This document shows positions 63,943 to 64,000 of a stretch of DNA of 64,000 bases, in pieces. Position 1 is the stretch's first letter, and the number at the start of each line of letters is the position of its first letter. The position numbers were made by a program, and so were the translations under genes. The notes below the pieces were generated by a model. That model was not told where the DNA came from and made no database searches. It was given only the letters and a program-made list of their open reading frames with translations. Source of the stretch: an uncultured Phycisphaerales bacterium (GTDB lineage: Bacteria > Planctomycetota > Phycisphaerae > Tepidisphaerales > Tepidisphaeraceae); assembly GCA_963758525.1 (NCBI GenBank), contig CAVWVQ010000003.1, positions 4,128,001 through 4,192,000 of the forward strand, read 5' to 3'.

Positions 63943-64000
63943 CGCGATCGGGCGCGCCAAGGGCATGTTCGAAATTCGAATGACGAAGCTCGAATCCTCG

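Overview
GC-rich bacterial window that looks like a Planctomycete (probably Phycisphaerae-like). This is inferred from the LExRxLL-type secreted protein, the PVC-restricted small protein and the pseudopilin cluster. Positions 1-12.4 kb look like one end of a genomic island integrated at tRNA-fMet. They hold a tyrosine integrase, a DUF3800 gene broken by an IS4 remnant, a response regulator plus HD-GYP pair and a type II/IV pseudopilin operon. The standout is two near-identical 1695-bp IS110/IS1111-family elements, each inserted at the same nucleotide of the prepilin-peptidase motif (A-F-T-L-I-E) of two consecutive pilin genes. Their non-coding end carries four short segments matching the pilin target and the element's own circle junction, in bridge-RNA order. 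Each element is a whole number of codons, has no stop in the host frame, and ends by encoding a replacement basic leader (RKRNGFRRPLHG|FTLIE). It could therefore be removed from the protein by prepilin peptidase. The rest is mostly core or accessory metabolism and transport: S53 peptidase, crcB with a riboswitch-like leader, sugar-acid genes, MNT-HEPN, ABC efflux, iscS, thyX, hpt, purD, ilvC and hemB. There are many REP-like and short tandem intergenic repeats, and about a dozen single frameshifts that most likely reflect assembly indels.
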